A stretch of DNA of 64,000 bases from Bacteroidales bacterium (GTDB lineage Bacteria; Bacteroidota; Bacteroidia; Bacteroidales; UBA3824): the NCBI GenBank assembly GCA_017544805.1, contig JAFYDK010000015.1, positions 6,858 to 70,857 of the forward strand. Direction: 5' to 3'. The position numbers and the translations under genes were made by a program. Shown here piece after piece: positions 55,901 through 64,000 of this stretch; the first letter of the stretch is position 1, and every line of letters begins with the position of its first letter. The notes under the pieces are model-generated. The model saw only the letters and a list, made by a program, of their open reading frames with translations. It was not told the origin of the DNA and did no database searches.

Positions 55901-56056
55901 GTTGCTAAAAATCACAGTGTTAATATGTTTAAAACTGGTGTTAAAAAAAACGCTAAATGTGTAGTTTTCAGTACATTAGCATTAATTGTACTCTAAACAG
56001 TTATTAACATTATCGAAAAAAATTATAAAAAGTATTATAAATTAATTTATAAACGT

Positions 56057-56497
56057 ATGAAAATCAATAAATTATTTATGGCATCTGACCATGCCGGCTA
56101 TGAGTTGAAACTCTTTTTAAAAGATTATTTAGTAAAAAAAGGTTTTGTTGTGGAAGACCTCGGCACTAATTCTGCCGATAGCTGCGACTACGCAGACTAC
56201 GCTCACCCCCTTGCTGAAAACGTTGAAAAAAATCCCGAATTCTACGGTATAACTATCTGCGGAAGCGGTAACGGTATCTCTATCACCGCTAACAAACATC
56301 AGGGTATTCGCGCAGCTCTGTGTTGGAATAAAGAAATTTCACGCCTCGCCCGCGCTCACAACAACGCTAACGTATTGTCTTTGCCCGCTCGCTTTATCTC
56401 TAAAGACGAAGCCGTAGAAATACTTGAGGCTTTCTTGAACACCGAATTTGAAGGTGGCAGACATCAACGCAGAATAGAAAAAATTCCGGTGAAGTAA
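56057..56497 (+). CDS. rpiB: Ribose-5-phosphate isomerase B
   Basis: MASDHAGYELK, CGSGNGISITANK, RAHNNANVLSLPARF, GGRHQRRI. Confidence 0.93.
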   Translation: MKINKLFMASDHAGYELKLFLKDYLVKKGFVVEDLGTNSADSCDYADYAHPLAENVEKNPEFYGITICGSGNGISITANKHQGIRAALCWNKEISRLARAHNNANVLSLPARFISKDEAVEILEAFLNTEFEGGRHQRRIEKIPVK

Positions 56498-56499
56498 GA

Positions 56500-56655
56500 C
56501 CGCTCAAGCCGCGGGGGCTGTTCTTTCTTGAAAGAAAGAACCAAAGAACTTTGTGAGATATTAATTAGGGAAAGCCTTTTGGGGCTTTCCCTAATTAATA
56601 TCTCTTAAAAGTTTTCCGGTTCCCTTTTTCAAAAGGGAACGCCCCGCGGCGAGCG
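56500..56655 (+). repeat. 156-nt GC-rich modular palindromic element, copy B
   Basis: Left arm ccgctcaagccgcgggggctg + hairpin ttctttctt/aagaaagaa + ccaaagaacttt. Central 53-nt cassette with a 22-bp perfect stem, GAGATATTAATTAGGGAAAGCC/GGCTTTCCCTAATTAATATCTC. Right arm taaaagttttccgg + hairpin ttccctttt/aaaagggaa + cgccccgcggcgagcg. Confidence 0.9.
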
Positions 56656-56995
56656 TCATAACTCCGCAAATCGCTCCTATGCTGTCTGCGAGCATATCGA
56701 AATAATCGAATCCGCGCCATGGTATAAAGTATTGAATTATTTCGATTAGGATACCGTAAACAGTTCCAATTAAAATGATTTTTATTTTATCGGAGGTTTT
56801 GAGAATCTTTTTTTCAAATCCTATTAATGCTGATAAGATGAAAAAAATGCCGAAATGGACTATTTTGTCAGCGTGCGGAATATGAAATTTTGTAGGGTCT
56901 TCATCGTGAGGAAGATCTACTTTTATGGTGCAGCCGATAAGCATTATCACTGCCCATATAATACTGAATTTGTAATTTTTAATTTTGTTTAACAT
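56591..56995 (-). CDS. VanZ-family membrane protein
   Basis: Start at MLNKIKNYKFSIIWAV. Four TM helices. HFGIFFILS and the D..AD..G-type end DMLADSIGAICG. The last ~21 codons and the stop lie inside repeat element B. Confidence 0.65.
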   Translation of the reverse strand: MLNKIKNYKFSIIWAVIMLIGCTIKVDLPHDEDPTKFHIPHADKIVHFGIFFILSALIGFEKKILKTSDKIKIILIGTVYGILIEIIQYFIPWRGFDYFDMLADSIGAICGVMTLAAGRSLLKKGTGKLLRDIN

Positions 56996-58127
56996 GTCGG
57001 GACTGTATGTGCACATTCCTTTTTGTGTAAGGAAATGCGGTTATTGCGATTTTTATTCCGTTAAATGCGGCAAAGATAATCATTTTATAGCTGTGTTTAT
57101 GAAAAATATAGTTAAAGAAATTATATTAAAATCGTATCTTTTTGAAAACGAAACGATTCAGACAATATATTTCGGCGGCGGGACACCCTCTATCCTACCC
57201 TTTGAAATGATTGAAACTATTTTTAATACAATTCGTGATAATTATAAGCTTTCTGAAAATTTGGAATGTACGATTGAGATTAATCCTGAACACGCTACGG
57301 AGGAATACTTTTCTGCTTTGAAAAATTCCGGATTTATAAACCGTTTGTCGGCGGGGTTTCAGGCGATGGACGACCAGGGCTTGAAATACCTTGGCAGAAA
57401 TCATTCTGTAAAAGATAATTATCGATATTTGAATTTATGTGAAAAATACGGTTTTGATAATTTTTCCGTTGATTATATTTTCGGTTATGAAATATTGACG
57501 GAAAAGGAAATTGAGAAGAGCATGAAGTTTTTTGCTGATAAAAAAATCCCGCATATTTCGGCTTATAGTCTTGGTATTGAAGATAATACGATTTTTTATA
57601 AAAAACTTTTGAGCGGAAAGATTCATAAGCCTGATGATGAGTTTTTTTTGCGTCAGTTCCGTTTAGTTCATTCCTTGTTGGAATCTCAAGGGTATAATCA
57701 TTATGAGATTTCCAATTATTCTTTACCTGAAAAACATTCCCGTCATAATTCTAATTATTGGGATTTTGTTCCGTATTTGGGTTTTGGTCCTTCGGCACAT
57801 TCGTATTATAATAATTCACGGTCTTGGAACAGCTGCCGCTTGCCTGAGTATTTTCAACAGATAGACGAGCAAAAACTTTTTGAGGAAAACGAGGTTTTAA
57901 CGCCGACAGATATTTTCAACGAAAAGATTATGTTAGGGCTCAGAACGAGTAAAGGGCTTAATATTTCTGCTTTAAAAAGCTGTTTTCCTCTGTTTTTTGA
58001 TAGTTTTATAAAAAAAGTTAAAAGTAGAGAATTTGTTGAATATTTTGAGCTTAATTCTAATTATTTGAAATTAAATTTAGATGGAATTTTCATTTCTGAT
58101 TATATAATTTCGGAATTGTTTGAATAA
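56994..58127 (+). CDS. hemW: Radical-SAM HemN-like protein (heme chaperone HemW family)
   Basis: YVHIPFCVRKCGYCDF (CxxxCxxC), IYFGGGTPS, C-terminal HemN_C-like region. The start is probably MSGLYVH at 56994. Confidence 0.85.
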   Translation: MSGLYVHIPFCVRKCGYCDFYSVKCGKDNHFIAVFMKNIVKEIILKSYLFENETIQTIYFGGGTPSILPFEMIETIFNTIRDNYKLSENLECTIEINPEHATEEYFSALKNSGFINRLSAGFQAMDDQGLKYLGRNHSVKDNYRYLNLCEKYGFDNFSVDYIFGYEILTEKEIEKSMKFFADKKIPHISAYSLGIEDNTIFYKKLLSGKIHKPDDEFFLRQFRLVHSLLESQGYNHYEISNYSLPEKHSRHNSNYWDFVPYLGFGPSAHSYYNNSRSWNSCRLPEYFQQIDEQKLFEENEVLTPTDIFNEKIMLGLRTSKGLNISALKSCFPLFFDSFIKKVKSREFVEYFELNSNYLKLNLDGIFISDYIISELFE

Positions 58128-58128
58128 T

Positions 58129-58175
58129 AAAAAAAAGCACCTGCAAAAATACTTATTATCGCAGGTGTTGGAAAA
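58129..58175 (-). terminator. Terminator after the porin gene; it also lies directly after the hemW stop
   Basis: Stem gcacctgc / gcaggtg. A T8 run follows the hairpin on the minus strand. Confidence 0.6.
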
Positions 58176-58196
58176 AAATAATTAGTTTGTTGAGAT

Positions 58197-58844
58197 TTAG
58201 AAATTGTAACCAATATTTATCATAAAACAATGATTGAAATTATTTGGTCTATCAAACGAGTATAGTCCAACTTCGTATGCTGCACCAAAGTAAAAATTAT
58301 GAAAATTAATTCCGCAACCTAAATTCACACCCCAATCAAAACGTTTGAATTTATTTTCTTTAAACGGATAAACTTTTTCATAAACTGGATAAAACTTACC
58401 GTCAGATGCAAGGTTACTACCTACTTCTGTCTTATAACAACTTGAAACTCCGTATGCAAAATAAAAGCCGGCTTGTAGTTCTAATCCTATTTTTTCAGTT
58501 AAATTTTTCTGTAAAACAACTAACGAAGGTGTTTCTAAATAGTTTAACGAAGTATTCCATTCACTATGGTCAGGAAAATTTTCTCCTTTCATAGAATAAT
58601 AAATACCGGGACGAAGCACTACATTGTCATTTATTTTTATATTTGCTATTACTCCAAAATTTGCCGCACTTCTATTTTCCGAAGATTCATTATGCGGAAT
58701 AAATGATGCTACATTTGATAAATTATAACCTGCTCTTATACCAAAAGTTAAACTTCCGTTATAAGAATTTCCTTCTTGTGCAATTCCTGAGGTAATACCA
58801 CAAAGGAAAATTGCAAATAATAATGCTAATCTTTTCATATTCAA
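58197..58844 (-). CDS. Small outer-membrane beta-barrel (porin-family/OmpW-OmpA-like barrel)
   Basis: Signal ...GIAQ. Alternating aromatic/Gly beta pattern. C-terminal MINIGYNF. Confidence 0.6.
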   Translation of the reverse strand: MNMKRLALLFAIFLCGITSGIAQEGNSYNGSLTFGIRAGYNLSNVASFIPHNESSENRSAANFGVIANIKINDNVVLRPGIYYSMKGENFPDHSEWNTSLNYLETPSLVVLQKNLTEKIGLELQAGFYFAYGVSSCYKTEVGSNLASDGKFYPVYEKVYPFKENKFKRFDWGVNLGCGINFHNFYFGAAYEVGLYSFDRPNNFNHCFMINIGYNF

Positions 58845-59154
58845 ATATTATTAATATTTTAATTGTTAAAAATTTAAATTTCATTTTTTGACATTGTGAA
58901 TATAAGAATTTCCAGAGGTTGAAAGCAAGCGTTTTTTATTGTTTTTTCCGATAGTGATTATTGGTTTAACGAATTAGGCACTTGTCAGCTTATATTACCG
59001 TGGGGGCATACCCACGGCACAATGCGTATTAAAATGCCCAAAAACATTAGGTTTATTTATTGAGAACATCTTTTTTATGTTTTAAAAAAAAGCTGTTTAT
59101 TTTGAGTTTTACGCCATTTTTATTGAAAAAGTTATCGGTATAAGTTAATCGGCG

Positions 59155-59229
59155 GTTTTGAGTTTAAATGGAATTTTTAGGGCCTTAATTTGAATTTTTA
59201 TTTTCGATTATATAATTTCAGAATTCTTC
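59155..59229 (+). pseudogene. Relic of the hemW 3' end
   Basis: This segment translates as VLSLNGIFRALI*IFIFDYIISEFF. The authentic hemW C-terminus is LKLNLDGIFISDYIISELFE*. The DNA core gattatataatttc[a/g]gaatt is shared with 58104..58125. There is an in-frame TGA at 59191. A strong terminator follows. Confidence 0.6.
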
Positions 59230-59253
59230 TTATTTTATGCAAATTATGCAAAC

Positions 59254-59292
59254 AAAAAAGCCTTACAGGTTCCGAGCTGTAAGGCTTTTTTT
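59254..59292. terminator. Strong hairpin terminator directly after the hemW relic
   Basis: Stem aagccttacag / ctgtaaggctt, preceded by A6 and followed by T7. Confidence 0.7.
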
Positions 59293-59565
59293 CTTTAAAT
59301 TGAACTATCATTTTTAATTTAAACGTCAAGTTTTTTTTCTATAGACAACCCTCCTTTTTTGTTTTCAGTGGTTAGACAATCTTGTTATTTTTTTTGTGCG
59401 CTAAACAAATATTTGTTTGTTATCTGATAACGACACAAAAGTATAAAATAATTATTATATAACCAAATTTTTTAGCACCTTTTTTTTACTTTTTTTGAAA
59501 AAAAATACCGTAAAAATTTATTGTTGTTTAAATGTAGAATATTGTTAATTATAATTTACTCTAAA

Positions 59566-59598
59566 AAACACAAAAAAGGCGGATAAAAATATCCGCCC
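59566..59598 (-). terminator. Rho-independent terminator after cysS
   Basis: Stem ggcggat / atccgcc. The minus strand continues into a T-run (plus-strand caaaaaag). Confidence 0.7.
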
Positions 59599-59631
59599 GA
59601 ATCATAAACTAGAAAAAATTAAATTAATTTA

Positions 59632-61095
59632 TTAAAAACTCCATTCGTATCCTGTTTTTGTGTCTTTTATCTTCACTCCTGCCCTATTGAGCTCGTCGCG
59701 AAGTTTGTCAGAAAGCGCGTAATTCTTTTCACTTTTTGCTTGTTGTCTTAACTGCTGAATCATATCTACGAGTGATCCAATGATTTCGCTATTATCAGAC
59801 TTTTCTTCTTCGGCTCTAAGACCGAGAATTTCAAAACACAAATCATTATAGAGTTTTTTCAGTTCGTTTAAGTCGGCCTCATTGAGGCTTTCTTTGCCGT
59901 CTTTTATGAGATTTATGTGTTTAACGCCCTCAAAAAGATGTGAAATCATTACCGGCGTGTTAAAATCGTCATTTATTGCGTCAAAACATTTTTCTTTGAA
60001 TTCTGACACTGAGAATGACGATGTTTTGCCCGGCGTAAGTGTTTCTAACGCTTTTACGGCTGAAAGAAGTTTTTCAAGACCTTTTTCTGAAGCCTGCAAA
60101 GCCTCGTTAGAGAAATCCAACGTTGAGCGGTAGTGCGCTTGAAGGATAAAGAATCTAACCGTCATCGGCGAATACGGTTGTTCCAAAAGTTCATGTTCGC
60201 CTGCAAAAAATTGTTCCAAAGTCATAGCGTTGCCCAAAGACTTACCCATTTTTTTGCCGTTGATGGTTATCATGTTGTTATGAACCCAATATTTAACGGC
60301 ATCATGACCTAACGCTCCAACCGATTGTGCGATTTCACATTCGTGATGCGGAAACTGTAAATCCATGCCGCCGCCGTGAATGTCAAAATATTCGCCTAAA
60401 TACTTGGTACTCATGGCAGTACATTCGAGATGCCAACCCGGAAAACCTTCACTCCATTTGCTCGGCCAGTGCATGATGTGTGCCGGTGAAGCCTTTTTCC
60501 AAAGCGCGAAATCACATTGATTTCGTTTTTCGTCCTGACCGTCAAGCGTGCGCGTCTTCTCCAAAAGGTCTTCAACGTTTCTGCCTGAAAGTTTGCCGTA
60601 ACGGTATTTCTCTGCGTATTTCTTTATGTCGAAATATACGGAACCGTTAGATTCGTAAGCATAACCGTTTGCCAAAATCTTGTCGATAAGTTGCTGCTGT
60701 TCAATGATATGGCCTGAAGCGTGCGGTTCGATTGACGGTGGCAAACAATTCAAAAGCCTCATGTTTTTGTGATAATCTTCTGTGTAAGTCTGAACGACTT
60801 CCATGGGTTCGAGGTTTTCGAGTTTTGCTTTTTTAGCGATTTTGTCGTCGCCCTCGTCTGCATCGTGTTCAAGATGTCCGACATCGGTAATGTTTCTAAC
60901 ATAGCGAACTTTATATCCGAGATAACGTAAATATCTGAAAATCAAGTCAAAAGTTACAGCAGGGCGAGCATGACCGAGATGTGCCGGACCATAAACTGTT
61001 GGTCCGCAAACATACATTCCTACGTAGGGAGGATTTATCGGTTCAAATTTTTGCGTTGTTCTTGTTAACGAATTATAAATTAATAAGTTACTCAT
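59632..61095 (-). CDS. cysS: Cysteine--tRNA ligase
   Basis: HIGH motif (GPAHLGHAR) and KMSKS motif (KMGKSLGN). Zinc-site Cys residues ([22 protein letters not shown]). Confidence 0.97.
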   Translation of the reverse strand: MSNLLIYNSLTRTTQKFEPINPPYVGMYVCGPTVYGPAHLGHARPAVTFDLIFRYLRYLGYKVRYVRNITDVGHLEHDADEGDDKIAKKAKLENLEPMEVVQTYTEDYHKNMRLLNCLPPSIEPHASGHIIEQQQLIDKILANGYAYESNGSVYFDIKKYAEKYRYGKLSGRNVEDLLEKTRTLDGQDEKRNQCDFALWKKASPAHIMHWPSKWSEGFPGWHLECTAMSTKYLGEYFDIHGGGMDLQFPHHECEIAQSVGALGHDAVKYWVHNNMITINGKKMGKSLGNAMTLEQFFAGEHELLEQPYSPMTVRFFILQAHYRSTLDFSNEALQASEKGLEKLLSAVKALETLTPGKTSSFSVSEFKEKCFDAINDDFNTPVMISHLFEGVKHINLIKDGKESLNEADLNELKKLYNDLCFEILGLRAEEEKSDNSEIIGSLVDMIQQLRQQAKSEKNYALSDKLRDELNRAGVKIKDTKTGYEWSF

Positions 61096-61119
61096 TATAA
61101 AAAAATTGTATTAAACATT

Positions 61120-62064
61120 CTATTTTTCTATTATCCTGACAATTCTGCCGTTTTCGTATACGGCAACTTTTATCAGATCGCCTTTGGAGTTGTAGTAATA
61201 ACGTTTTCCGTTTTGGAGAACGCCTCTGATAAAATCTCCTTCGCGTTCAAGTTTTTTGTCAAGAGTGTATATTTTGTGATAACCTGTACCGGTAAAAGTT
61301 GCAAGAACCGTTTGTTCGGATTTTTCTTCAAGTTTTTTCTCCGGCTTTTTGTTTGAATTATTGTCAGCCACAACGATTTCTTTGCCTTTGTCGTGATAAG
61401 TTTTCGACGATACGGCATCGTAAATACCATTGTTGTATACGATTTCGGCTTTAAGCGAGCCGCTTTCGTAATACTCTTTGGCAATTCCATTGATTTTTCC
61501 GTGTTTAAACTGACTCTCGCACCTTAAATTGCCGCTGTCATAATATTCAGCCACAAGACCTTGCGCCAAACCGCCTTCCCAATAGCCGGACATCGTGATT
61601 TTACCGTTTTCGGAATAATAACGCTGCTGACCGGAACGTAATGTGTTTTCATCGTAATTGAGTTCTTTGGCTATTTTGCCGTTGCTGTAAAAAAACTTGT
61701 ACTCTCCTACCCAACCGATTCTGTTCCAAGTTCCTTGTTCTGAAACGTTTCCGTTTTCATAAAACAACTGCGCATAGCCGAATGGAACGTTATTTACGTA
61801 TGTAATACTGCTTTTTTTGTTACCGTTTCTGTAATATTCCGTCCAAACGCCTTGACGTTTACCGTCAGTATATTTTCCGATACAAGCCACCTTGGTCTGT
61901 AGCGTATCATAATAATACACCCACAAACCTTGTTTCAAATTATTGGTATCCACGCAGTTAATTACAGAATCTTTTGGAATCTGCTGCGCTGTAACGATGT
62001 TAGTCAGAAATAGGATTATGACCATCGTTAATACCGTTTTCAATAAATTTGAAGTCGTTGTCAT
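61120..62064 (-). CDS. Secreted MORN-repeat-variant protein (YwqK-like repeats)
   Basis: Signal ...NIVTAQ. About 8 repeats of G.W..YY..G.......Y.NG...G. Confidence 0.65.
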   Translation of the reverse strand: MTTTSNLLKTVLTMVIILFLTNIVTAQQIPKDSVINCVDTNNLKQGLWVYYYDTLQTKVACIGKYTDGKRQGVWTEYYRNGNKKSSITYVNNVPFGYAQLFYENGNVSEQGTWNRIGWVGEYKFFYSNGKIAKELNYDENTLRSGQQRYYSENGKITMSGYWEGGLAQGLVAEYYDSGNLRCESQFKHGKINGIAKEYYESGSLKAEIVYNNGIYDAVSSKTYHDKGKEIVVADNNSNKKPEKKLEEKSEQTVLATFTGTGYHKIYTLDKKLEREGDFIRGVLQNGKRYYYNSKGDLIKVAVYENGRIVRIIEK

Positions 62065-62124
62065 TGTAAACTATTATAAAATTTTTCACAATTTTCCATC
62101 AATATTTTATACGGAAAAACCGTG

Positions 62125-64000
62125 TTATTGGTTGCAAAATTGATCTATTAATTTTTGTGCACTTGGATAGTTTTTTTGGACTGCTAAATGAAAATCTTCG
62201 CACGCCTCTTCCTTTTGGTCTATATTCGCCGAGTATATTCCGCGTAGATAATGATAATATCCGTTTTTCGGATTCAATTCTATACATCGTGAAATATCTT
62301 CTCGAGCCAAAAGTAGATATTCCTTACGTTTTTTCGGTTCGATATCCCCTATCGCCCTATACGTAATGGCGCGGTTGAAATGCGCTCCTTCGTTTGCTGT
62401 ATCCAATTCTATGGATCTTGCAAAATCTTTTAATGCTAAGTCGTACTGTTTCAGACCGTTATAAGCTAAACCGCGGTTAGAATATGCTGATGCGTTATCG
62501 GGATTTTTTTCCATATACGTATTGAAATCTTCAATCGAACGGGTGAAATCTCCGTATTTTCCGTAAGCCACTCCCCTATTTATGTATACGTCGTAGAGAG
62601 TCGGATTCAAATCCAAAGCTCTTTGGTAGTCGCTTAAAGCTAACGCAAAGTAATACGTACATGAATCTTTGTTAATGTTAGTGAACCTTTCGGAATACAA
62701 ATCGTAAATCGCTGCCCTACTCTGGAACGCCGGCGCGAAGTTCAAATCGTAGGTCAAAGCCTTAGAAAAGTCATTTAAAGCTGACTTTTCGTAAGTTGTA
62801 TCTGAGGTTAATTCAAAAACATCGTTTTCAGCCAATCCCCTATTGTAAAAAGCATGCGTATAATCGGGTTTATTCTTAATTCCCTGCGTAAAACAATCTA
62901 TTGCAAGCTTTTTATTTTTAAGATATTCGCTATCGTCTTTCTTTTTGAGAGTTGAGTCTGCCATCATGTTGATATAACTGCCGAGATTGTTCCAACCTAT
63001 AACGGCTTCAGGATACTTTTCAACGCAGTCTGACCATAGTGTACGGCTGTTTTGCCATACTTTTTCGCGGTTTACTGTCATAATACAAAGCATAATAGCA
63101 TAAACAGCGAAAATTCCGTATAAAAGTTTTTCGCTATTTTTGTACTTAGTTATCAGTAAATCAAGCAGATACGCCATTAAAACCGATAATCCTACCGACG
63201 GAATGTACGAATATCTGTCAGCATACATTGCACTACCTACGGGGATAAACTGCAATAACAGAGCTATATTGACGATAAAAAACATCAATCCGAAGGTGAA
63301 AATTTTATCTTTTTTGTACATAAAGAAGTTCAAGAGTATCACGGCGATAAACACAGGAACCGTAAGCCAATATATAACCGGAACTGTGCGGTTCAAAATA
63401 TCGGGGTAGGGGTAGAGGCAGGCTAATTTTACCGGTAAAATAAACCGTAAAATGTATTGTAAAAATCCGTTGCTACCGAATGCAATCCTCTGATACACTT
63501 CATATTGGTCTGTTTCAGCGAGTGCCGTCGAAGCTGCTTGCGCTTTCACCGAAATAAGACCGAAAATTATGGAGATTATAAAGAACGGAATCTTATTGAT
63601 ATGCGTTTTTACCTTCAAATAGTCCTCTGTTAAGAAATAATCTACGAGAAAAAGAGTTATTGTTAATGACACAGCTTGTCCCTTAGATAACGCACTCAAA
63701 ATGAAGATGATAACAGATAGTATATAAAACATTACATTATGTCGCTTTTTATAGAGAATATAGCAATATAGCGACAAAAAGTAAAACATTGTATAAAGAA
63801 CGTCTTTTCTTTCTGCAATCCACGTTACGCTTTCTACGTGCAGGGTATGAATTCCGAACAAAAGTGCAATAACGATAGGGTAGAGGCGTTTGTTAAATAG
63901 TTGATAAAAAACAAGATAGACCAAAAAACACGATATCAAATGCAGTGTGATGTTAATTATGATATACGTGTAGGGGAGGACTCTGCCGTTAGCACCGATT
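62125..64000 (-). CDS. TMTC/GT39-like polytopic membrane protein with C-terminal TPR repeats; its N-terminus lies beyond the window
   Basis: The frame stays open from 63939 to the window end (...NGRVLPYTYIIINITLHLISCF). Multiple TM helices. ADRYSYIPSVGL motif. C-terminal TPR units (AFYNRGLA, VYINRGVAYGK, AYSNRGLAY, AHFNRAITY). Confidence 0.6.
   Translation of the reverse strand, partial: IGANGRVLPYTYIIINITLHLISCFLVYLVFYQLFNKRLYPIVIALLFGIHTLHVESVTWIAERKDVLYTMFYFLSLYCYILYKKRHNVMFYILSVIIFILSALSKGQAVSLTITLFLVDYFLTEDYLKVKTHINKIPFFIISIIFGLISVKAQAASTALAETDQYEVYQRIAFGSNGFLQYILRFILPVKLACLYPYPDILNRTVPVIYWLTVPVFIAVILLNFFMYKKDKIFTFGLMFFIVNIALLLQFIPVGSAMYADRYSYIPSVGLSVLMAYLLDLLITKYKNSEKLLYGIFAVYAIMLCIMTVNREKVWQNSRTLWSDCVEKYPEAVIGWNNLGSYINMMADSTLKKKDDSEYLKNKKLAIDCFTQGIKNKPDYTHAFYNRGLAENDVFELTSDTTYEKSALNDFSKALTYDLNFAPAFQSRAAIYDLYSERFTNINKDSCTYYFALALSDYQRALDLNPTLYDVYINRGVAYGKYGDFTRSIEDFNTYMEKNPDNASAYSNRGLAYNGLKQYDLALKDFARSIELDTANEGAHFNRAITYRAIGDIEPKKRKEYLLLAREDISRCIELNPKNGYYHYLRGIYSANIDQKEEACEDFHLAVQKNYPSAQKLIDQFCNQ

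Noticed and set aside
59237-59317. A small ORF, MQIMQTKKPYRFRAVRLFFFKLNYHF.
   Set aside because: It is read straight through a terminator hairpin and its T-run, and it has no promoter box. It is most likely non-coding.
61120-62064. The MORN/YwqK-like repeat protein as an antitoxin of a toxin-antitoxin or polymorphic-toxin system.
   Set aside because: It carries a signal peptide and is flanked by cysS and a TPR membrane protein. No toxin-like ORF is adjacent. The 'antitoxin' label for this repeat family is an annotation habit, not evidence.
1-64000. A prophage, integrative element, IS or defence island anywhere in the window.
   Set aside because: No integrase, transposase, recombinase, phage structural gene, restriction-modification gene, Cas protein, or other defence hallmark genes or tRNA attachment sites were recognised in any of the six frames. 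The only mobility hints are the two 156-nt elements and the repeat-bounded AT-rich cassette, which are reported as findings.

Overview
This 64-kb window looks like chromosomal DNA from an AT-rich member of Bacteroidota. The evidence is a T9SS type-B (CHU_C) sorting domain, SprB repeats, the glycogen-synthase/DUF4270/glmS gene order, and TAnnTTTG -7 promoter boxes in front of many genes. I call about 49 protein genes. I saw no rRNA, tRNA, CRISPR array, transposase, integrase or phage genes.

Gene content from left to right:
- Two tandem sensor PP2C (SpoIIE-type) phosphatases, followed by GH5, an LTA-synthase-like sulfatase and GH51.
- An ABC exporter, a class A acid phosphatase, a nitroreductase with an export signal, and a GH9-like enzyme.
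- Several secreted proteins and lipoproteins of unknown function, an OmpA-family protein and a 7x SprB-repeat protein.
- rdgB, a REC-HATPase protein, then glycogen synthase, DUF4270, glmS and a patatin-like lipase.
- An esterase/nucleotidase fusion, an outer-membrane (OM) barrel and a circularly permuted solute-binding protein.
- A four-gene AT-rich cluster of secreted proteins (34.2-38.1 kb).
- uvrC and ade, then a tightly packed minus-strand operon: TPR, DUF4292-like, EnvC-like M23, DUF4175-like, RsbW-like kinase, ybeY, mnmG.
- dut, a flippase, an OM barrel, a ~0.95-kb non-coding oriC-like region, rpiB, vanZ, hemW, a porin, cysS, a MORN-repeat protein and a TMTC-like TPR membrane protein.

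Most notable non-genic signals:
1. Two 156-nt GC-rich modular palindromic elements (40218-40373 and 56500-56655). Their arms are 100% identical, but the 53-nt central hairpin cassette is completely different. They sit in inverted orientation and each donates the C-terminal tail and stop codon of a host gene.
2. A dense DnaA-box cluster next to a 37-38-bp AT-only tandem array, which is a candidate oriC.
3. A perfect 55-bp direct repeat carrying a promoter box and a palindrome. The two copies bracket a very AT-rich two-gene cassette.
4. A relic of the hemW 3' end about 1 kb downstream of the real hemW stop.

All family assignments rest on motifs read by eye. No database search was possible.
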